From the NCBI GenBank assembly GCA_951406725.2, contig OX597818.1, forward strand, positions 26,164,001-26,228,000: DNA of 64,000 bases. Reading direction: 5' to 3'. The DNA comes from Octopus vulgaris. Taxonomy: Eukaryota. The notes below the pieces were generated by a model. The model was not told where the DNA came from. It saw nothing but the letters and a program-made list of their open reading frames with translations, and ran no database searches. The first letter of the stretch is position 1, and each line of letters begins with the position of its first letter. This document shows, piece by piece, positions 1 to 64,000 of the stretch. Made by a program: the position numbers and the translations under genes.

Positions 1-229
1 ACACACACACACACACTCACACACATGGCATGCCAACTTCAAAAGATCCCCTTTCCCCCACCCTGAATATATGAAAAAAATTTTAACTTTTACAGAAAGC
101 GACAATCTTCTTCAGAAACAAACAAATACACCTGCATTTTTTTTTTTTTTGACAACTATGGTATTCATATCGTAATTTAGCCTGTTAATTCTATTTACTG
201 AAACTTGCTAAAGTGTATATCTTACTTTA

Positions 230-1020
230 AAATAGTATCTCCTTGTAGACGCAATTGTCAGTAATCATACTGTTTCCATTGCTCTCAGCCAATATTTTTA
301 CATTTGCCTTCTTTTGAACTCTAGATAATGCAACATAGAGCTGACCATGTGAGAAGAATTGTGTCAGAAGATATATTCCAATTTGGTCAAAAGTCTGTCC
401 CTATGCTTTGTTGCATGTCAAGGCAAAAGCTGGCTTGACAGGAAATTGTTTGCATGTAAATGTGAATGGAAATTCCATTTCTCGAGATACATGTGGTATT
501 CTTGGTATTCTTAGGATTAGCAAAGTTGATCCTGCATAAGGACCAGAAGCAACCTCAACCTCGGTAACATGATCATGTAAACTGACAATGATGTAGTGTG
601 TGCCATTGCAATGTCCATTAGTGGCATCTAAATTTCTCAGAAGCATTATGCATTATTTTTCTTTCAGTTTGAGAATGTGTGGTGGAAACCCTGATGGTGG
701 AAGTTTGCTGATGAACTTAATTAGATAGAGTTTCATTATAAACTGTATTTGAGCTCTTATATATTTTTAGCTCACCAGGGATCTTGGTCAACAGAAAATC
801 ACCCACAAATTGTGCTGCTTCTTTTATTGGAGTAACAATGGTTCAATTTGCAAGCCACACGGGGTTTGTGAAGTTATTTTTGAGGTCAGCATATACAAAA
901 TCACATAGATCTGAAAGAATACCAATTTCAAGGCGAAGGTCATTGGGTAGGTTTTGTTCAATAGAAATGTTACCGTTTCCTACATCAAGAAAGTAATTAG
1001 CAAACTCTCTTTCATCAGAA
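230..1020 (-). mobile_element. Decayed Helitron Rep/Helicase fragment (PIF1-like helicase C-terminus)
   Basis: Translates as MLLRNLD...HCNGT...RIP...KQFPVKPAFALTCNKA*GQTFDQIGIYL...FSHGQLYVALSRV, the classic Helitron/PIF1 motifs, with stops. Confidence 0.85.
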
Positions 1021-1049
1021 TGACCTTCTGTAAGAAGTTGTGGATTGTC

Positions 1050-2025
1050 GGATCTTTTCCCTTTGAATGGCAGATTGAGAAATTAATTTTTTGTAACTAA
1101 ACACTTTCAAACTTCAGACACTGGTAGAATGTGTCATAACATTCTTTTACTCTTAGTGTTGTTGGGAAAAGTTTCTATTTTCAAAGTTATTTTGTGTTAA
1201 AGTTGTATTTCGGTAATTTCAACCAATCAGTGACATGCATTCAGCTGAATACAATTACTGCTGGTGTTTGTCGACAACAACTATTGGTGGTGTATATTTC
1301 ATTTGTCACTGTTATTTATGATATCATTCGTGCAGTTTGTACTGGTTTTAGCTTTAGGATTAGGGTTGGGTTTTAGGGTTAGAGTTACGGAAAAAATTGA
1401 AAAAAGGAAGAAATTGGAGGGGGAGGGGGGCAAAAAAAGTTTTTCCAAAAATAGTAGCTGAAAAACAGGGAAAAAAAACTAAATGCAATAGAAATGCACA
1501 AATGATTATGGTGGTGCCATGAAGTAAATATGCTTCAGATACACTTGTTTATTCATACAAACGTAACTGAGATGAAATGTCATAAATAACAGTGACAAAC
1601 GAAATATACATTGCCGGATGTTGTTGTTGACAAACAACAGCAGTAATTTTATTCAGCTGAATACACGTCATTGATAGGTTGAAATTACTGAAATACAACA
1701 ACTTTAACACAAAATAACTTTGAAAATAGAAACTTTCCTCAGCAACATTAAGAATAAAAGACGTTTTATATGACACAATCCACCAGTGTCCGAAGTTTGA
1801 AAGTGTTTACTTGTTTTAGTCATTTGACTGTGGCCATGCTGGAGCACCGCCTTTAGTCGAGCAAATTGACCCCAGGACTTATTCTTTGTAAGCCTAGTAC
1901 TTATTCTATCGGTCTCTTTTGCCGAACTGCTAAGTTACATGGACGCAAACACACCAGCATCAGTTCTCAAGCAATATTGGGAGGACAGACACAGACACAA
2001 AAAACATACACACACACACACACAT

Positions 2026-2071
<46 letters not shown>

Positions 2072-2290
2072 ATGTATATGACGGGCTTCTTTTAGCTTCC
2101 ATTTACCAAATCCACTCACAAGGCTTTGGTTGGCCTGAGGCTATAGTAGAAGACACTTGCCCAAGGTGCCACGCAGTGGAACTGAACGTGGAACCATGTG
2201 GTTCATAAGCAAGCTACTTACCACACAGCCACTCCTGTTTAGTTACAAAAAATAAATTTCTCAATCTGCCATTCAAAGGGAAAAGATCTG
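1050..2290. mobile_element. Foldback/MITE-like element with about 280-bp inverted arms; right arm interrupted by a SINE
   Basis: 1050-1325 is the diverged reverse complement of 1575-1809 plus 2242-2290 (gatcttttccctttgaatggcagattgagaaa / tttctcaatctgccattcaaagggaaaagatc). Confidence 0.75.
1810..2235 (-). mobile_element. tRNA-derived SINE (family 1), full length, with internal microsatellite
   Basis: Reverse complement of the 5059 copy, flanked by a TGTTTA duplication at 1804-1809 and 2236-2241. Confidence 0.9.
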
Positions 2291-3130
2291 CATATAATAT
2301 GTAAACGAAAGCTTGTTAAAAACTGTCTTGCTTAGAGTGCTAGAAATAGCAGCGATCACATAGTTATTATTGTAAGGGTTATAGCATTCCAAGTAGCCAT
2401 ACCAACAAAATCACTTCTTCATTAAAAAAAAGATATATACTGGTATATTATAGAATTTTCATTTTATCAAAAACATTCATTAAACAAACTCCAGAAACTG
2501 ATAATATTCTTGAAATTGTGTCTTGTATCAAAGTTACACCGCTAATATTAAATTATCATTAATGAAAATAGAGGCAAGCCAGAATGAGAGACTGTTGCAA
2601 GTAAAAATGTCAAGTGTTGCCTGCAACAAATTAATAGTGTTTATTATTAACCATTAAAATCTACTCAGCAGTGAATGCAATGAATATTTAAATTCATGAA
2701 GAAATGAATGCAAAAATTCAATAAACTTCAAAAATCGAAATTATAGGCAATTTTTTAGAACATGAATTTATAAAAATATTTCCAGATGGTCAAGCTTTTA
2801 ATAATTGCTTTTTTTAGTACTTTTAGTAATTGTTACATACCTAGTTAATAAGCAGCTTTGTCCATTATAGTGTATATATATATGCAGTGGTGGACTAGTA
2901 AGGTTGCCAGCTTGCCCATTGGCAAGTGGGCCCCTGCGCCATTAGAATCCATGTATGGTGGCTCATGTTAGTATCTAAGTGACCCATCCCCTCAAGTTTG
3001 AAAATTTTTTATTCACTCCTGAAAGAATGCATTAATTATTAATTATTTCTGCCTGGCTGAAAAGAATACAGTTGAAAAGAATACTTTTAACAAAAAAAAA
3101 AAAATAATAATATAATAAAATATATATATA

Positions 3131-4023
3131 CTAGCAGTATCGCCCGGCGTTGCTCGGGTTTGTAAGGGAAATAACTATATAAGCATTTTTAGTGAGTTAT
3201 AGCAAAAAATGCATTAAGAAAGGAATAAAAAATTATCGTAATTTTTTTTTTAAATCGTTGACTCATCGTAGACATTTTTAGAGAGTTACTTCCCTTATAT
3301 AATAGCGAAAAATGCATTAAAATGGAATAAAATATTATGGTAAATTTTTTTTTTAATCGTAGACTCATCGTAGACGCGTGCTAATACCCAGAAGGGCTTG
3401 ATATGAATCACGACTATAAGATACCCGGTTTTGATTACACTGCACCGCAAAATGTGGGAGTAGTTAGGAATCTAAATCGTAGGAGACAGACACACAACTT
3501 CACTTTTATATATAAAGATTTGTACAACAACTAAAACATTCGGTTGTGCAAATTGTTTGCACAGGAAACCTGCCCTGTGTGGCGGTTTTTGCTGTTTTTG
3601 TGGATCTGTTTCAGCTTTTTTAGCGATTTCTGTTTTGGCGACTTCAAGCCATGAAGTCGTTGTTCTAAAAGAACGCTGGTCTCCTTGACAACGCATTACG
3701 ACATTGATTTCCTTACACTCCCTTCCCCACAGCTTCATGAGGGAGGGAAGAAGGGGGAGAAGCAAACAGGTGCAGGTGTGAGCGTGGACGCCAACTCCGC
3801 CGCCATCGACACACGAAAAAATATGCATTAAAATGGAATAAAAAATGATGTTAAATTATTTTTAAAATTGTAGACACGCGCTAATACCCAGACAGGCTCG
3901 ATATGAATCACGACTATAAGATACCCGAATTTGGTTAAACTGCACCGCAAAATTGTGGGAGTAGTTAGGAATCTAAATCGAAGGGGACAGACACTCACAC
4001 AACTACAGTTTTATATATATAGA
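3131..4023 (-). mobile_element. Non-autonomous Helitron with duplicated 5' module
   Basis: On the minus strand it starts A|TC-TATATATATAAAA and ends with hairpin CCCGAGCAACGCCGGG followed by CTAG|T. Homologous to 20409-21044. Confidence 0.85.
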
Positions 4024-4029
4024 TATGAT

Positions 4030-4800
4030 AGATAGATAGTTACCTTTCAAATGGTGTAGATTACAATTACAAAGAAATTTGGGTCAATAAAAAAAACCTC
4101 AGCTTACTAGGGGTAAAAAAATGTATAGAAAGTGAATATGAAAACAAAAATTTGCGTAGACGAATGGGAGGTTGGTGGAGAGAGGATTTCAGAAAATTCA
4201 CACAATCCAATTTTTTCCCTCATAGCTTTCAGGTAAATGGATATCTTTCTATGAAATTTTAAAGAAACACCTTTCGAATGGCATAGATTATGATTATAAA
4301 GAAATTTGCAGGGAAAATGTTTTCCTGGAAGTTATGAGGGGAAACAATCGGATCGTGTGAATTTTCTGAAAGTCCTCTCCCTCACCCCATTCGTTTGTGA
4401 AAAATTTTTGTTTTCATATTTGTTTTCTACATGTTTTTGTACACCTATTAGACTTCTTTTTTTTACGTTTTAGTGACTGGGCGTTAAACTAGATCCTGAA
4501 AGTTATGAGGGAAAAAAACAAATTGTGTGAACTTTCCAACAATCCTCTCACCACCCCTTCAGAAGACGCTTTTCCCACAAATTTCTTTATAATCATAGTC
4601 TATGCTGTTAGAAATGTGTTTTTGTAAAATTTTACCAAAAGATATCCATTTTTCTGAAAGTTATGAGCGGAAAAAAAAAACAGATCATGTAAATTTTCCA
4701 AAATCCTCTGACCACCCTTTTGGAAAACATTTTCCCCAGAAATTTCTTAATAATTGTTATTTGTGCCATTTGAACAGGCAAAATTTTTTGGGAGGGGGCA
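4030..4800. repeat. Composite repeat of roughly 160-170-bp units in tandem and inverted orientation
   Basis: Unit ctg(a/g)aagttatgag...gtgaattttc..aatcctctc occurs near 4325, 4495 and 4655, and inverted at 4180-4232. Confidence 0.6.
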
Positions 4801-5058
4801 GAGTTTTGGATCAGACAGCCCACATAAGTTGGAATTTCTCTGTTTTGACAGGGTTTTTTTCCAATTTTTTTTATTTGTTTTTTGGCACAGATGAGAGGTA
4901 TCTTTTCACAAAAAGAAGAAAAGAATCTTTTCTGTTTGCTTGCTAGCGTCAATTTTCTGTTCGAATTGATTTCATATTCAGTGTAATGATACACTTTTAT
5001 AGGCTAATTAATGACATGAAAGTAATTTTTGCTATAAATCCATAAATAAAGAGTTATT

Positions 5059-5458
5059 AGGAGTGGCTCTGTGGTAAGTAGCTTGCTTTCCAACCCCATG
5101 GTTCCGGGTTCAGTCCCACTGCGCGGCACCTTGGGCAAGTGTCTTCTACTATAGCCTCGGGCCGACCAAAGCCTTGTGAGTGGATTTGCTAGACGGAAAC
5201 TGAAAGAAGCCCATCATATATATGTATATATATGTGTGTGTGTGTGTGTGTGTATATGTTTGTGTTTGTGTTTGTCCCCCCAACATCACTTGACAACCGA
5301 TGCTGGTGTGTTTACGTCCCCGTAACTTAGCAGTTCAGCAAAAGAGACCGATAGAATAAGTACTAGACTTACAAAGAATAAGTCCTGGGGTCGATTTGCT
5401 TGACTAAAGGTGGTGCTCCAGCATGGCCACAGTTACATGACTGAAACAAGTAAAAGAG
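5059..5458 (+). mobile_element. tRNA-derived SINE (family 1), full length
   Basis: Pol III A-box-like TGGCTCTGTGG and B-box-like GGTTCAGTCCC; central (TG)n; 3' tail ggtgctccagcatggccacag...ctgaaacaagtaaaagag. At least 3 full copies in the window. Confidence 0.9.
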
Positions 5459-6592
5459 GAAAGTTTGAAAATTTTGGTAATTTTAACCCATTGTAAGCCA
5501 CAGACACATTCATGGCTGTTTCAATAGCAAGAAGCGGAACATGAAAACCAAAAATCACCACATAACAAAACATGGCAATCTGGTGATCTTTGGTTCACAG
5601 AGATTGCAGTTCTGAAAACATTAAAAAAAACTTTTAAAATTCCTCTCCTCATTGCTTTTGGAATACCCATTCCTGCTTTATGATGAGCATCTCCAACTCA
5701 CATTGTATCAACTCAGGTATCCTTCAGAATTCATTTATGTATGCCACACTTTTTCTCATTAATGACTTTCTCACTCTTCTATGCTCATGCCTTTCACTCT
5801 TCCTTAACCTTCTACAAAGTGGTGTCATCCACACACAAGCTGGACACCTTCCATGAAGCTAGTACTGCTTGCATGACCTTAAACATCTGCAACTATGCCC
5901 CCACCAATGCCACCACCACCACCACCAAAAAAAAAACAAAAAAAAAACTATACTTCTTTTTCAGAAATAGAAAATACTTCAGACCAATATTAGGATATTG
6001 CTAAAACATCTTAAATAGTGCTACTGCTATACAAACATATCTTAGTGGGTAAGCACTGAAAAACCACTGACTAGCTATGAGCTCACATGCACATTGTTTC
6101 TTCTTGTTTCCTCTTACACCTTATCTCATAGCCTTTGCTCCTCTGAACAATTTACTTCATATACTCTTCACATATCCATGTATGAATAATACTTATTTGT
6201 AAATAGATACATGTATATGCTTGTGCAATTATATACATGTATATGTATGTAGTTTACCTCTGAACTGTACTTGAAAATCCTTCAATGAGTTTCTAAGCTG
6301 AAAGTTGATATTTATTCAATACGATTTTATAGTCATACTTTAATTTTAAAATGTTAGGAAATCTCTATATTTAAAAGAGGAATCTTGACTGAAATCATAT
6401 TTTTATATGTATACAAAGATTTCACAAAGTTATTTCATCCTAGCTTTTATACTGTTATATTCTAAACACCAAACAATAAAAATAAGAGACATAATCTTAT
6501 TCAGCCTCATCCAAATCTTTATCATTTGAAAACTAATTGGAAAAACAGTGTATTCTCAATAAAAGATGTTGCATTATATTATATATTATCTT

Positions 6593-6810
6593 AAGGCGAC
6601 AAGCTGGCAGAATCATTAGCATGCTGGACAAAGTGGTTAGTGACATTTCATCTGGGTTTATGTTGAGTTCAAATGTTGCCAAGTTCAACTTCACATTTCA
6701 TTCTTTCGGGATCAATAGAATTTAGTAGCAGTTGAGCATTGAGGTTGGTGTAATTGATTAGTTTCCTCCATTAAAATTTTAGGCCTTGCATCTATAGTAG
6801 AAAGAATTGT
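6593..6810 (+). mobile_element. SINE family 2, diverged copy
   Basis: Homologous to 63708-63930 (aaggc..agct.gcagaat..ttagcatgctgg...gagttcaaat...aggccttg), with a B-box-like GAGTTCAAAT. Confidence 0.7.
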
Positions 6811-6872
6811 ATATTATTTTAAAATAAACTAATTTGTTTTCACTCTTCAGGATTGGAAGCAGAATCAACATC

Positions 6873-58725
<51,853 letters not shown>

Positions 58726-58920
58726 GTAAATTTCAATTACTATTTTATTTTGACTTGAGTTACATTCTTCTCCCATATTAGTTATTATTTAAATGCATTT
58801 TTGCATAAATAAATATTATAGCCACCAATATCTGAAAGAAATTGTGTGTTGCTAAGTACCTCTTATGTAAGCATATTTCTAATCCTGTATTTCTAATTCA
58901 TATATCATGTTTTCTATATA

Positions 58921-60210
58921 CAGGGTGGGGAAGCAAAATTTACAATATCTTGAGGCAGGGATTGAAAGACAGTGTATGACCAATTAGTTTATTGAGAGTC
59001 ATGAGAATGTATTTGCCACAAGAAAATTTACATAATAGAAAATATTTTTATTCTATGTGTCCTCCTTCTTTCTCATTAATTGCCTTCACACGCTTCCTGA
59101 AACTTGCACAGGTGTTCCTCAAATATTCAGGAGACAACTTCTCCCATTCTTCTTTAATAGTATCTTTAACAGAATTGACATTGCTGTGTGATGTTCTATT
59201 GGTAGCATGTTCTAAAACGCCCCAAATAACATAATCCAGAGAGTTTAGATCTGGGCTAGAAGGCGGCCATAAACATGATTCCAAAAAATTGCTAAAGTTG
59301 GATTTGCAGAAATCTTGTATTTTTCTAGCTGTGTGGGCTGGAGCACCATCCTGTGTCCATACATAAATACCATCTGGGTAGTTTGCTTTAAGCCATGGCA
59401 ATAACTGGTGTCTCAGAGTCTTGTAGTTAGTATTAACATTGATCTTTTCATCAGTTTTGTAGAATTTTATAGGCATTTTCTTTCCATCGGAAGCCACAAC
59501 ACCAAAAGCCATAACTTGAGCAGGATGTTTTGTTTTGAATGTCCCCTTAACCTCAGCTGTCAATTTTGCGATAAATCTGTCATTTCTGTGGTTCAGAACA
59601 GCATCAGCAGTGAAGATTTTTTCATCTGAAAAGATCGTTACAATGGAGGACTTTTTCTTGAACCATGTAATAATTTTCTTGCACCTTTCCAATCTCTTTT
59701 CCTTTATAGTTGTTGTCAACAAGTGTTTTGGTGGTCTTGTGTAAGATTTTAACTTCAAATCATATTTTACTGCATTTCTAATGGTCTTGTTGTCTACCTC
59801 AAGTTCAATTGCCATTTTTCTCATGGATTTGGTTGGATCCTTAAAGATTTTGGATTTGAGAGCTTTAATAGAAGCTTTAGTACGTTTTGTGTTGATTCCT
59901 CCACTTCCAGACTTCCTTGTAATAGTTTTGCTCATAGTCATTCTATTATTTACACTATAAACAGTCTTTATGGACACTCTAACTATTCTTGAAATCTCCT
60001 TTGGTATGACGAGTGCATTCAGTAAATCAAACACTCTTTGACGTTTGCTTTCCTGATTACTCATATGGGCAAAAGTTTCTGAAAAGGTACAGATAATAGT
60101 GCTAGGTATGATTATGACATCAATATATGCTAGGTTTCAAAATAATTGACCTAGTGCCTGCTGAGAAAAAACAACTTAACGTTCATTGTAAATTTTGCTT
60201 CCCCACCCTG
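58921..60210 (-). mobile_element. Full-length Tc1/mariner transposon of the DD37D (maT) family
   Basis: Perfect 26-bp TIRs CAGGGTGGGGAAGCAAAATTTACAAT, TA on both flanks, 1290 bp long. Confidence 0.95.
59048..60064 (-). CDS. DD37D transposase, 338 aa, uninterrupted
   Basis: N-terminal HTH region; FSDEK ... QDGAPAH ... WPPSSPDLNSLDY, with 37 residues between the second and third Asp. Confidence 0.93.
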   Translation of the reverse strand: MSNQESKRQRVFDLLNALVIPKEISRIVRVSIKTVYSVNNRMTMSKTITRKSGSGGINTKRTKASIKALKSKIFKDPTKSMRKMAIELEVDNKTIRNAVKYDLKLKSYTRPPKHLLTTTIKEKRLERCKKIITWFKKKSSIVTIFSDEKIFTADAVLNHRNDRFIAKLTAEVKGTFKTKHPAQVMAFGVVASDGKKMPIKFYKTDEKINVNTNYKTLRHQLLPWLKANYPDGIYVWTQDGAPAHTARKIQDFCKSNFSNFLESCLWPPSSPDLNSLDYVIWGVLEHATNRTSHSNVNSVKDTIKEEWEKLSPEYLRNTCASFRKRVKAINEKEGGHIE

Positions 60211-61216
60211 TATATATATATCAGGATTGTATTTTCTAGAAGCATTTTTCCAGGAATGTAAGATAATGGTATTATCCATAACTAGTAACATTTTATTTTA
60301 TGACAAAAACAATAAATCAATCATAGAAAGAATGAGAAAGAGAAGTAGAAAATTCTTCAAAAACTAACTTAAGTATTACGTATGAATATGGCACTAAAGT
60401 TGTAAAGTTTTGGGATACTACTTTAAACATTAACTCTAAATTATACTACCCCTTTAGGAAAGAAGGTGAGGTTACATGACATGTGAATAAATTATCAAAT
60501 CACCTCCACCTAATGTATTAAAATCAGTAGTTAAAAGTATTTCTTGGAGAATTACTAAATTATTATCAAACATTGATATTTTTAATTCCCATTCATACCA
60601 CTATAACGTTGCTTTGTCTAAAGTGGGATATGACTAGGAAATTATGTTTCTCAGTCCTGAAAGTTCAGCACCTTTTAATAGAGGAAAAAATGATAGTTTG
60701 AGTAATAGAAAGTCTACTAACTTACTTGTGAAAAAATACCAAATGATAAACCATCCTACAAACCTAACATTTTAAATAGTAATAACAGAGTATGCTTCAA
60801 TAGGAGGCAGGATACTAAAACGAGTATGAAGCTTAGGTTGAATAAAAATGGCAATGATGAAAAAGAAGTGGTTACTCATCCAGATAAGGGATCCACTAGA
60901 AATATATACAAAACTATTAATCATGGAACGATTCTAGGGAGCAGGGATAGTACAAATATATCCCACCCTTACTTACACAAAAAATTAAAAGTAAGAATCT
61001 CGTCTAGTTCAATATCCCATACAACTGTGCATTATCCATTTATAGAAAATTTATGGCTATTTTAGAAAAAAACTTCCCTACTTCCCATAGATATAACAGA
61101 ATCTTTCCACATAAAACAGAATCTCATACTCTACTCTCCCCAATATAGGTACCATCATAGCTAGTTTAAGTAGGAAGAATATAAAATTAGCCAGAATTGT
61201 TGAAAATGATGATGAT

Positions 61217-62330
61217 CATCATCATCGTTTAACGTCTGTTTTCCATGCTAGAATGGGTTGGATGATTTGACTGAGGACTCGTGAACCAGATGGCTGCACC
61301 AGGCTCCAATCTGATTTGGCAGAGTTTCTACAGCTGGATGCCCTTTCTAATGCCAGCCACTCCAAGAGTGTAATGGGTGCTTTTACATGCCACCGGCACG
61401 AGGGCCAGTCAGGCAGTACTGGCAATGGCCACGCTCAAGTGGTGTTTTTTACATGCAACCTGTACAGGAGCCAATCCAGCAGCACTGGTAACAACCTTGC
61501 TCAAATGTTTTTCATGTGCCAGTAAGGCGATGCTGGTAATGATCACATTTGAATGGTGCTTTTTACATTCCACCGGCATGGAAGCCAGTCAGCTGCTCTG
61601 GCAGCGATCACACTCGGATGGAGCTCTTAGTGCTCCACTGGCATGGGTGCCAGTCATCGAATTTGCAAATTTGGTTTGATTTCGATTTCACTTACCTCAA
61701 CAAGTCTTTTCAAGCAGAGTTTAGTGTCCAATGAAGGAAAGGTACACATAAGTGGGCTGGTTACACACCTGGCATAGGCCATGGGTTATGGTCTCACTTG
61801 GCTTGCCAGATCTTCTCATGCACTGCATATTTCCAAAGGTCTCGGTCACTATTCGAAAGTCATGCTTCACCACCTCATCCCAGGTCTTCCTGGGTCTACC
61901 TCTTGCACACTACAACTGATGCTTCTTAGGTCCAACTTTTCTCTCAAGGTACTTACACTCTGTTGAGTATGCACACTGACATTACACATCCATCGGAGCA
62001 TACTGGCTTCATTCCTTGCAAGCTTACACACATGTTCAGTGTTTATTGCTCCTGAGCATCTGCCACATACAAAAACTATCTTCCCAGTTAGCCTTCCTTT
62101 GATATTGCTGCACTTCTTATGTGTCCATAGCTTACAAGGGTACATCTTATAGAATTTCTACCTATGCCTTTTCTACAGATCGAGCTGGGCCATCTACCTG
62201 AAGGGATTTGTGCTTTGTTTGCCTTCCTACTTATTAGGACTTTGGTTTTAGCTAGGTTGACTCTAAGACCCTTCGATTCTAATCCTTGTTTCCACACCTG
62301 AAACTTCTCCTCTAGTTCTGATAGTGACTC
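61217..62330 (-). mobile_element. RTE-like LINE 3' part (PHD family), internally deleted
   Basis: [20 protein letters not shown]...GRNSIRC / CKLWTHKKCS...VCGRC / RNEASMLRWMC; (GAT)n tail. Confidence 0.82.
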
Positions 62331-62689
62331 AACATTTTGATTTTATATATCATCAGAACCCCCATCTACTGGTTCACTTCTGATATAGAACTGTTTGTCT
62401 CCTTATCCCACCTTTTTCTCTGCCTCTAACTTTTAGTATAAGCAGTCTCTAGATGATGACCAGGCCTACATTGCCACAGGACACCTGCCAAGTGAAAGAC
62501 TTTCGCTGTTGGTTCCAGCCTAATTCACAGCATTATTCAATATATTTGTGGACATTTTCTCTCTATATCAAGGGTTGTGTTTTAAGATTAGTCACCAACC
62601 AGTATTTTTATTGAGTCACCATCTCTAGTAAGATTATCAACCAAGTCTGCAGAGCTCTTACTGTCCATATGTGTCAGGGGACCATGTTC

Positions 62690-63065
62690 ATAATTTTTAC
62701 TAGGAGACAGATGATGTTGATTGGTTCTATATCCTCATCTGACCATAACCCAGGAGCTAGCTCCTGATTTGTTGTTCAACCACCTTCATTCCAAGGTTGA
62801 AGCCAGTGGCTACTGACAGGTTGCCACCAAGTCGGCTAAGAAATCCTATCTTCACCAGTTTTTAAAGCAGAGTGTTATTTCTTGTAGAAGGACTACCAAC
62901 CAAAGCTCACGAGTTCTGTCTACCCATTTTAGATGGCCATTGACTCTCCTGAGTTCCTCTGTCCTTTGCTGGGTTTTGTTTTTCATCCCATAGGGTATCC
63001 AAACTTCACCCTCCTCACCAAGCAAGCCAACAGCTTGACCATGAGACAGTTGCACTCCAACACGT
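62690..63065 (-). mobile_element. Degraded 5' end of an RTE-like LINE
   Basis: tttttcatccc.tagggtatcc.a...cctcctcaccaagcaagcc resembles 31270-31320, the RTE 5' UTR. Confidence 0.5.
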
Positions 63066-63707
63066 TAATCATTATCATTTACTTATTTATTATTATCATC
63101 ACTATTTCTACTACTTTCCTTTCCACCATGTTTACCTATTATTATCATTACCATTATTGCTAACACCATTATTATTTCTATTATTTGTTGTCATTGTTGT
63201 CAGTGGTGGTGGTGGTGGTGGTAGCTCTGTTATATGTGTTGTTATTGTGAGTTGTTACTGTCATAGTAGTTAACATTTTGTCATTCAACTAATTTTCTTA
63301 TCTTCTGTAGCACTGCTGCTGTCATTGCCTCTATTGCTGTTTTTTCAGTCCCTGTTCTTCTCTTCTGGTCCTGTTGTGACTGCCTTCTGTAGTCCTGATG
63401 GCTCTGTTCCTGATGTCATCATTAATATTTTTTGAGTTGTTGATTCTGATTTTGTCTTCACTACTTTCTTTAGTCACCTAGTTATTTTAGTTGCTGCTAT
63501 CGCTATCACCCTATATAGAAGGGTGAGGATGCTTGATTAGTGTTGTGGTATATGGGGTGGTGGAAGGGGTTTCATGTAGGAGCAAAGGCAGGTTGGACAG
63601 AACATAGCTAGCCAAAATATAGAAACACATTTACATGTATTCACATCAATATATTTATATAGATGACTATTCCATAAGCATCTCAAAGTTTTATTATTAT
63701 TTTTATT

Positions 63708-63930
63708 AAGGCAATGAGCTAGCAGAATTGTTAGCATGCTGGGCAAAATGCTTAGCAGCATTTTGTCCATCCTTACATTCTGAGTTCAAATTCTGCTGAG
63801 GTGAACTTTGCATTCCATCCTTTGTGGGGTGGTTGATGAAATAAGTACCAGTTATGCACTGAGGTCAATGTAATCAACTAATCCCCTCCCCTAAAATTTC
63901 AGGCCTTGTGCTAATATTAAAAAGGATTGT
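63708..63930 (+). mobile_element. SINE family 2
   Basis: Homologous to 6593-6810; B-box-like GAGTTCAAATTC; (TTA)n tail. Confidence 0.75.
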
Positions 63931-64000
63931 TATTATTGAGTGAGAGAGCAATTAGTAGTAGTAGTAGTAGTACTAGTATTGTTATTGTTGTTGTCGTCGT

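Noticed and set aside
2885-3000. CAGTGGTGGACT hAT-like terminus (and a similar candidate at 46140-46390)
   Set aside because: No matching opposite TIR or 8-bp TSD could be confirmed.
5059-5135. tRNA-like sequence with A and B boxes
   Set aside because: This is a SINE head that continues into the SINE body; no complete cloverleaf.
60211-64000. Next helicase exon (expected SLLERL-type motif)
   Set aside because: I found no convincing phase-0 exon with helicase motifs; the gene probably continues beyond the window.

Overview
AT-rich, microsatellite- and transposon-dense animal DNA. The SINE/LINE repertoire suggests Octopus or another coleoid cephalopod (inference). One host gene runs on the + strand from about 6.85 kb past the window end. 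I reconstructed 10 exons, all with GT-AG introns and phase-consistent junctions: 6873-7001, 25226-25253, 33623-34138, 39276-40490, 43920-44133, 45757-45880, 52720-53186, 54861-55316, 57136-57327 and 58350-58725. Together they give 3717 nt (1239 codons) of open frame, 3'-incomplete. The protein is a HELZ/HELZ2-like UPF1-type SF1 RNA helicase preceded by four tandem CxxC+CCCH zinc-finger modules. The introns and flanks hold a wide range of mobile elements: Helitron helicase relics and non-autonomous Helitrons; CR1/L2-group LINEs, one with a 642-aa open RT ORF and a 3' tail shared with the tRNA-SINE; a decayed near full-length RTE LINE; a second RTE-like family with a PHD-type finger inside its RT; an RLE-type LINE relic; Penelope-like elements with minimal hammerhead ribozyme motifs; mariner and piggyBac-like MITEs; and an apparently intact DD37D (maT) Tc1/mariner transposon. 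No database search or folding was run, so all calls come from reading motifs by eye.
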